Position numbers and translations under genes: made by a program | Shown here: one piece after another, positions 58,656 to 64,000 of the stretch | Layout of the letters: every line of letters starts with the position of its first letter | Numbering within the stretch: the first letter of the stretch is position 1 | Assembly: GCA_965199495.1 (NCBI GenBank) | Contig: CBDASK010000003.1 | Coordinates: 2,688,001 to 2,752,000 of the forward strand | Length of the DNA stretch: 64,000 nt | Reading direction: 5' to 3' | Origin: Abditibacterium sp. | GTDB taxonomy: Bacteria > Armatimonadota > Abditibacteriia > Abditibacteriales > Abditibacteriaceae | Notes under the pieces: generated by a model | Seen by the model: the letters and a program-made list of their open reading frames with translations, nothing else | Database searches by the model: none | Told to the model about the DNA's origin: nothing

Positions 58656-59106
58656 AAACCATCCCGAAGAATTCCCGCCCGCAATTCGCGCGGCGTTTGA
58701 CAATTATCCGCGACCGATTGGCGACGCGCAGTTCGACGCTAAATTCTGGCGCGAACTCGATGCGCGCCAGAATCGTTATCGCGGAATGACCGGCGTTTTG
58801 CGTCGCTTAATCGAAGTCGAAATCGAGGGCATCGCCGTGTGGCGCTTGGGCGTGGCTCTGTTTAGCATGCCGATAGTCTGTGCCATTGGCGTGGCGCTGT
58901 TGAATCTGAGTTCGTCGCCGATTACGCCGACGCAAAGCGCACCACTCGTCGCGCAAACGCCGCTCGATCCGTTTTCGTCGCCGCGTCTGGCGCGCGAATT
59001 TTGGGACGAACGCGATTATGAATATCGCGCGCCCGCAGTGCAATCGGAAGGGCTACAAAACAAGGAGGAAATTTCATGCGTTTCATTCGCTCACGATTTG
59101 GCATAG
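58645..59106 (+). CDS. Putative single-TM anti-sigma factor
   Basis: Overlaps the sigma gene; one TM segment. Confidence 0.6.
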   Translation: MPDENHPEEFPPAIRAAFDNYPRPIGDAQFDAKFWRELDARQNRYRGMTGVLRRLIEVEIEGIAVWRLGVALFSMPIVCAIGVALLNLSSSPITPTQSAPLVAQTPLDPFSSPRLAREFWDERDYEYRAPAVQSEGLQNKEEISCVSFAHDLA

Positions 59107-61313
59107 TGTTGTGGTGCGCGATTGCGCTTTTAATTTTGACGATTCCGCTATGGCGTTTGCGCGTGGTGCGGCAATGGAATTTCGCTTCGGTGCAAAAGGC
59201 GCTGGAGCCGGATTATAACTCGTCCCCGATTTTAGTCGCGGGTCAACCTGAACCCGAACCGACGCCGGTTCCATTGCCTTACGGATTTTCGCAGGACGAT
59301 AATGCGGCGGCAGTGCGGCGATTTCCCGCTGAACCCATCGCGCAATTAACGCGTTTCGATGTTCTCAAGCTGAATGTTCAAGTGAGATCGCTGAATAATG
59401 GACTTTACCAAAATTACCCTGACGCCAAAAGTTTGGCGCAGGCCAAAGCGCGGTTGCAGAAATCTCAGCCGCGCATTTGGAAAACGACCGACGCTTATTT
59501 CGATCAATACGACGCGTTGGAGCGCCAATTTCCCAATTCCCTGTTGGTGCGCGCCCAACATCTGCGCGACGTGACGATGCTGACTTATGTGTCCGATCCG
59601 GGCACAGAAAAACTCATCTTCCCGGCGAATACTCTGGTTCTCAAGTTCGATTCGCCCGCTTCCAATCGGGCGCTCGAAGAGGCGATACGAGTGGCGCGTG
59701 AGGGCGCGCGTTTGCAGCCCGACAACGCCTTTTTTCCCTGGATGGAAGCCATTTTTCAGTTCGCGCTCGAACGCCCGGACGCGGCATTGCGCGCGCTCGA
59801 ATTGGCGGCCAAATGTTCGACTTTCGACGATTACACGTTTCGCAGTTTGGACGAGCGCACACGAATGCTGCGTCGTTTGCGCACGACGGGTTGGGAAGAC
59901 GAACTGACCGAATGGGCGCACACGATTTTTCCGCATTACTCGCTGATGCGCGGTGTGGCGCGCGCGGCGAGTTGGCAGATGCAGTTGGCGCGCAAACGCA
60001 ACGATAAACCCGCCGCCTTTCGCTGGGCCGCAGCCACGGCGCGCGCGGCTTATCCGGTCGCGCTCAACCAACGCGACAGCGTGATTTGCGCTTTGGTAGG
60101 ACAAGCGATTTGTCACCTCACCTGGAGTGCCGCCGTGCAGGGTGAGCCGGACGCGCCCAAAAAGCCCGCGCAAAATACGCCGCCGGAGCAGCGAGAACAA
60201 GATTACCGGCAGTTCTACGCGGACAACGCCGCCGTCTTTGCGCGCCTCGCGCGCGAAAACGGCGACGACGCGCTGGCGCAGCAGACGCTCGACGTGGCTG
60301 CAGCTCCGGGCGGGCGCGAATTTTCGCGCTATTCGGAATCTGATGCAACCGGCCAAATGGCGCATTTTCTCTGGTTATCGGGTTTCTACTGGGTCGGCGC
60401 GCAACTGCTGCGCCTCGCGTTGGCGGGCGCGCTACTCTGGGGCGCGTGTTGTTTTTTCACGCGACGCACGCCAACAATTGCCGCGACACGCGCCCGAATG
60501 CTGTTGCCCGCGATGTTTTGCGTGGGCATCACGGGCGCCATTTTGGTGGGCGCATTCCGTGTTTCGCCAAGCCTTTATAGCCTAATTTTTGGAGGCGTGA
60601 ATCCACAAGATTCCGAGATTTCTTGGACGGTTACCATTTTGCGCGATGATTTCTTTTGGATTATCGCTTCTTTGTGGCTCTTGCTCATCCTTGGAAGCGC
60701 GCTTTATGATACTTTGCGCGCACATTTCGCGCGTCAGGCGCGCCCGAAACCAAGCGTTAAAAGCGCGCGTTGGTTCGTGTTCGCTGCGATAGTAATAGCC
60801 GCCGCAATTTGGGCCACGCATTTTTTTCTTGCGGCTTCCAACGACGTTTACCTTTACGGTTCGCTGTTAATTTTGGGCGCGCTTTGCCTGACAATCAGCG
60901 TGCAAAGTCTGCGCAAAACAGCGGGACTGAAACGAGTGTTTGCCGCGTGTCTAATCGGCGCGTTTTGGTCGGGTGTTACGCCGTTGATCTTGCAGACGCT
61001 CAACTTGGACGAGACAAATGCGTGGGGTTCTCTATTGTGGATGCCCGTCGCACCCGCCTTCGCCGTGGCTGCGTTGTTGGCGGCGGCAGTAATGGTCGTG
61101 CGCAACTTCGGTTCGATCCAAAAATTCGACTTCCAACTCGCCGCCCGCACCCGCATCGCCGCCGGAGTATTGGCGCTGTTATGCGCCGTCGCTTATTTCG
61201 GCATTACGCTGTGGACGATTCCCGTCGAAGCGAAAACGCGTTCGATGATGCAAAGGCAATTGCAAATCGGCGAAGTGGCGTGGTTGCGCGAACAAATCGG
61301 CGCGCGTAAGTGA
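59076..61313 (+). CDS. Large hypothetical membrane protein (helical extracytoplasmic domain + multi-TM C-terminus)
   Basis: RBS AAGGAGG; 745-aa ORF; PDNAFFPW TPR-like segment; about 8 TM segments. Confidence 0.8.
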   Translation: MRFIRSRFGIVLWCAIALLILTIPLWRLRVVRQWNFASVQKALEPDYNSSPILVAGQPEPEPTPVPLPYGFSQDDNAAAVRRFPAEPIAQLTRFDVLKLNVQVRSLNNGLYQNYPDAKSLAQAKARLQKSQPRIWKTTDAYFDQYDALERQFPNSLLVRAQHLRDVTMLTYVSDPGTEKLIFPANTLVLKFDSPASNRALEEAIRVAREGARLQPDNAFFPWMEAIFQFALERPDAALRALELAAKCSTFDDYTFRSLDERTRMLRRLRTTGWEDELTEWAHTIFPHYSLMRGVARAASWQMQLARKRNDKPAAFRWAAATARAAYPVALNQRDSVICALVGQAICHLTWSAAVQGEPDAPKKPAQNTPPEQREQDYRQFYADNAAVFARLARENGDDALAQQTLDVAAAPGGREFSRYSESDATGQMAHFLWLSGFYWVGAQLLRLALAGALLWGACCFFTRRTPTIAATRARMLLPAMFCVGITGAILVGAFRVSPSLYSLIFGGVNPQDSEISWTVTILRDDFFWIIASLWLLLILGSALYDTLRAHFARQARPKPSVKSARWFVFAAIVIAAAIWATHFFLAASNDVYLYGSLLILGALCLTISVQSLRKTAGLKRVFAACLIGAFWSGVTPLILQTLNLDETNAWGSLLWMPVAPAFAVAALLAAAVMVVRNFGSIQKFDFQLAARTRIAAGVLALLCAVAYFGITLWTIPVEAKTRSMMQRQLQIGEVAWLREQIGARK

Positions 61314-61363
61314 CGAAGTCTCGCGCGGGGCAACGTCGCGCGCGCCAAAACTTCTAACTCTCC

Positions 61364-63331
61364 GTGTTTTCTCGTTTTCTGCTCGCGCCCGCCTTGCTGG
61401 CCCTAACAGCCACGGCGGCTATCTCCACGGCGCACGCGGCGCCGCTCACTTTTCTCGATGACGAAGCCGAACCCGGCGGTTACGACGTAACAGCCACCGT
61501 CACGGCGCCCGCGCAACTGGCGTTGTCGCAGCAGGAAAATGGCGACGGCTATAGTTTTAAAGTCGCGCCCGGCACGCTCGAACTCGATGTGACGAACAAG
61601 GGCGTAACGCGGGTTTTGGAGCGCCAAAACAATTTAAATTTCCAGTTTCCCCTTCAGTTGGTGGCGCAGCGACGCGGGCGGCGCTGGAACTTTATGCTGA
61701 ACGGCAAAAGTGGGTTGCGCGCCGAAGACGAAGACTTTAGCGACGGCAAAATCGGCTTTTCGGGCGGCGTTAAAGACGCCAAAGTGCAGCCGGTCGAGCC
61801 GATTACCTTTGACGACGATTTCATGCGCATCGCCAGCGATGTCGCGATGAAAGACGCGATTGCCAATCCGCGCAACGGCGTCACCATCAAGGGCGCCGCC
61901 ATCACCGAAACGATTTGGACGACTTTAACCGGCGCGTGGGCGACGACGGGATTGACCGAAAACGATGCCGCGCAGGTCGCGCAAAGTGCCAATCCGTTCG
62001 CGTTTCGCGCGATGAACAAAGGCGACAACCTCGCCGTGGCTGGTCGTCCGTTCTGGAGCGATGTCGAGTTCTCGGTTTCGGTTGCGCCACAGGGTGCGCA
62101 GGAAATCGGACTGTTACTGGACGTGACCGACGCCCGCAATTATCTCGAATTTAGTTGGGGCGCCGATTCCGACCCGATGCTACGCGCGGTTGCCGACGGA
62201 AAAACTTATGTTCTGGGTGCGGCCAAAGGTTATGGCGGCTACGAGCAAGACCAATGGACGCGCCTAAAATTCACCGCGTCGAACGGCGCTTTGACCGCCG
62301 CGATTGATGATGTGCAAGTCGTGAGCGCGCACTCCGGTTGGGGCGGACGCGGCCAGATCGGTTTGCGCGCCCAATTGCCTGACGTGGGCGACGACAAAAA
62401 AGGCATCGGCGCCGTTTTCGATGACGCGCGCGTGCGCACACTCGACGATTTTCGCGACAATTTCGGCGCCGTCGTGCCCGGTCGCTGGCAACCCGTCGTC
62501 GGAAAATGGAATTGGAAGGGCGCCGCCAAACCGCTCGATAGCGGCAGCGATTACGCTGTCACGGGCGAAACCAGTTGGGCGAATTACACCGTTTCGGGCG
62601 ATTTGAACGTGCCAACAAACGGCGCGACGGGCTTGCTCAGCCATCATATCGCGGGCAAAGGCGCCTATTTGCTGCGCGTTGGCGGCTCGAAGTCGCCCAT
62701 CGCGCCGGGTGAGGTTCAACTGGCGCGCATCGGCGGCGGCAAAACGCAAATTCTGGGCGAGATAAGTGTCGGCACGCGCTACGATAGTTCTAAAATTAAT
62801 TGGGAACTGGGCGAAGAAAACGGTTATCTCAGCGCGCGCGCCGACGGCAAATTAATTTTGGATGCGTTCGACGAAACCTTGCCCGACGGGCGCGCAGGCG
62901 TTTACGCGCAAAACGGCAGCGTCGGTAATTTCGCGGTCAAGTTCGACACAACGCGTCCGACGTGGGCCAAAGTGCCCGAACTTTACGAAGTCGAGCAGCA
63001 GGCCGCGACAATGGGCAGTTGGTCAACGCCGCAGGGGTTCTGGCTGGCGAGCGGCGCCGGAGCGGCCCAGACGTGGGAACACAAAGGCGAATTTTGGGGC
63101 GATAGCGAAATCAATTTTCCTCTCCCCGATTTGAGCGGCGACAAAAGCGCGCAACTGACTTTGGGCGCGCTCGATGTGAAATTCAACGCGAAGGAAGTTG
63201 CGGTCGGCGACGCCAAAGGTTCGCTCAAAGACGTAAAGGCGGGCGTGCCGATGGAAGTCGCGCGGCGCGGAAACTGGGCGATCGTGCGCGCCGATGGGAA
63301 AGTTGTGTTGGCGGCGAAGGTTGGAGCGTAA
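61364..63331 (+). CDS. Secreted beta-sandwich (concanavalin/DUF1080-like) repeat protein
   Basis: Signal peptide (AHA/A); repeated DDF...W, WSDVEF/WANYTV, GQIGL/GRAGV motifs. Confidence 0.7.
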   Translation: MFSRFLLAPALLALTATAAISTAHAAPLTFLDDEAEPGGYDVTATVTAPAQLALSQQENGDGYSFKVAPGTLELDVTNKGVTRVLERQNNLNFQFPLQLVAQRRGRRWNFMLNGKSGLRAEDEDFSDGKIGFSGGVKDAKVQPVEPITFDDDFMRIASDVAMKDAIANPRNGVTIKGAAITETIWTTLTGAWATTGLTENDAAQVAQSANPFAFRAMNKGDNLAVAGRPFWSDVEFSVSVAPQGAQEIGLLLDVTDARNYLEFSWGADSDPMLRAVADGKTYVLGAAKGYGGYEQDQWTRLKFTASNGALTAAIDDVQVVSAHSGWGGRGQIGLRAQLPDVGDDKKGIGAVFDDARVRTLDDFRDNFGAVVPGRWQPVVGKWNWKGAAKPLDSGSDYAVTGETSWANYTVSGDLNVPTNGATGLLSHHIAGKGAYLLRVGGSKSPIAPGEVQLARIGGGKTQILGEISVGTRYDSSKINWELGEENGYLSARADGKLILDAFDETLPDGRAGVYAQNGSVGNFAVKFDTTRPTWAKVPELYEVEQQAATMGSWSTPQGFWLASGAGAAQTWEHKGEFWGDSEINFPLPDLSGDKSAQLTLGALDVKFNAKEVAVGDAKGSLKDVKAGVPMEVARRGNWAIVRADGKVVLAAKVGA

Positions 63332-63394
63332 GTTGGACTTTGTAGCGAACGCTTCGCTTGTAACAGTAGTGAAGTAACAGTTTGAGTATGAAAG

Positions 63395-63576
63395 GTTCGA
63401 TTGTCATTCCGAGAGTAAGGAGCTTGCGACTGGAACTGAGGAATCTTATGCCCGCGCGGCAGCGCAGGTTTGAAGCGCATCTACGTTTAAGGCAAAGTAT
63501 GACTTCCGCTGGCGCGGGGCCGTAAGATTCCTCAGTTCCAGTCGCAAGCTCCTTACTCTCGGAATGACAATCGAAC
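63395..63576. repeat. Palindromic element family E, copy 3 (different arms, related core)
   Basis: Perfect arms GTTCGATTGTCATTCCGAGAGTAAGGAGCTTGCGACTGGAACTGAGGAATCTTA / reverse complement. Confidence 0.92.
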
Positions 63577-63624
63577 TGCGATGAACTTCCTTAACTCAAC
63601 GCCGCTCACCCATCAAACTCACGC

Positions 63625-64000
63625 TCACGAACCCGAAATTCGCATATCTTTAATCGTCAACTGCAACGAGACCTGCCCGCGATATTCGTTGACTTCGGGC
63701 ACGAACAGACAATCCACGCTATCACCGCGCTCGAATTCGCTCAAGCGGTCGGCGCTACGCCACCAAATCCATTCGATGGATTGTCCTTCAACCATCACGC
63801 GGCCTTTGGAATGATCTTCCTTGAGCGGCCAAATCGTCTGCAAACGCGCGCCGCGCATCAGCAAAACCGGCGAGTGATTGCCGGTTCCGCACGGCTCCAA
63901 CTGCACCATTTCCTGCGCGAGTTGCAAGGTCACGTCGCGGCCCGGCGCTTCGCAGTCGGCGGTGTGGCGCGGCACCAATTCGTCCATCGAAAGTTTGTCG
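63625..64000 (-). CDS. recJ: ssDNA exonuclease RecJ, C-terminal part (truncated by window)
   Basis: LEPCGTGNHSPV, H-x-K, VDCLFVPEVNEYRG...LQLTIKD OB-fold. Confidence 0.85.
   Translation of the reverse strand, partial: DKLSMDELVPRHTADCEAPGRDVTLQLAQEMVQLEPCGTGNHSPVLLMRGARLQTIWPLKEDHSKGRVMVEGQSIEWIWWRSADRLSEFERGDSVDCLFVPEVNEYRGQVSLQLTIKDMRISGS

Noticed and set aside
3624..62042. CAGCCACG as a Chi or KOPS site, or a homolog of the Neisseria DUS
   Set aside because: The 26:22 orientation split shows no strand skew; the shared GCCGT with GCCGTCTGAA is too short to imply homology
1..64000. CRISPR array
   Set aside because: No regularly spaced direct repeats with unique spacers and no cas genes; the repeats are palindromes or coding low-complexity tracts

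Overview
Bacterial chromosomal window, GC roughly 55-60% by eye. Gene content and low-complexity protein tails suggest Armatimonadota/Abditibacteriota, but that is an unverified impression. Housekeeping genes: rpsO (3' part), pnp, lpdA, a tatA/B-like gene missing from the ORF track, moeA, hisG, thrB, ridA, cca, trmFO, ftsY, tadA, recJ (3' part) and three tRNAs (Glu-CTC, Arg-CCG, Arg-CCT). Surface systems: a pilMNOP-like + secretin operon and an isolated cpaB-cpaC pair. Regulation: a NarL-type two-component system, a GAF histidine kinase and an ECF sigma cluster. Defence-like genes: an MlyI/PleI-like nuclease paired with a second PD-(D/E)XK nuclease and no methylase, a fused R-M + S system, and a Fic gene broken by an amber codon. 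There is also a five-gene tandem array of unknown membrane proteins and about seven families of intergenic palindromes. The strongest unexplained signal is a non-palindromic motif, CAGCCACG(GC)/(GC)CGTGGCTG. A manual scan found at least 48 copies, about equal on both strands, including inverted pairs. It behaves like a DNA-uptake-sequence-type signal, and I do not recognise it as a described motif. All counts are by eye and all family calls come from motif recognition, not database searches.
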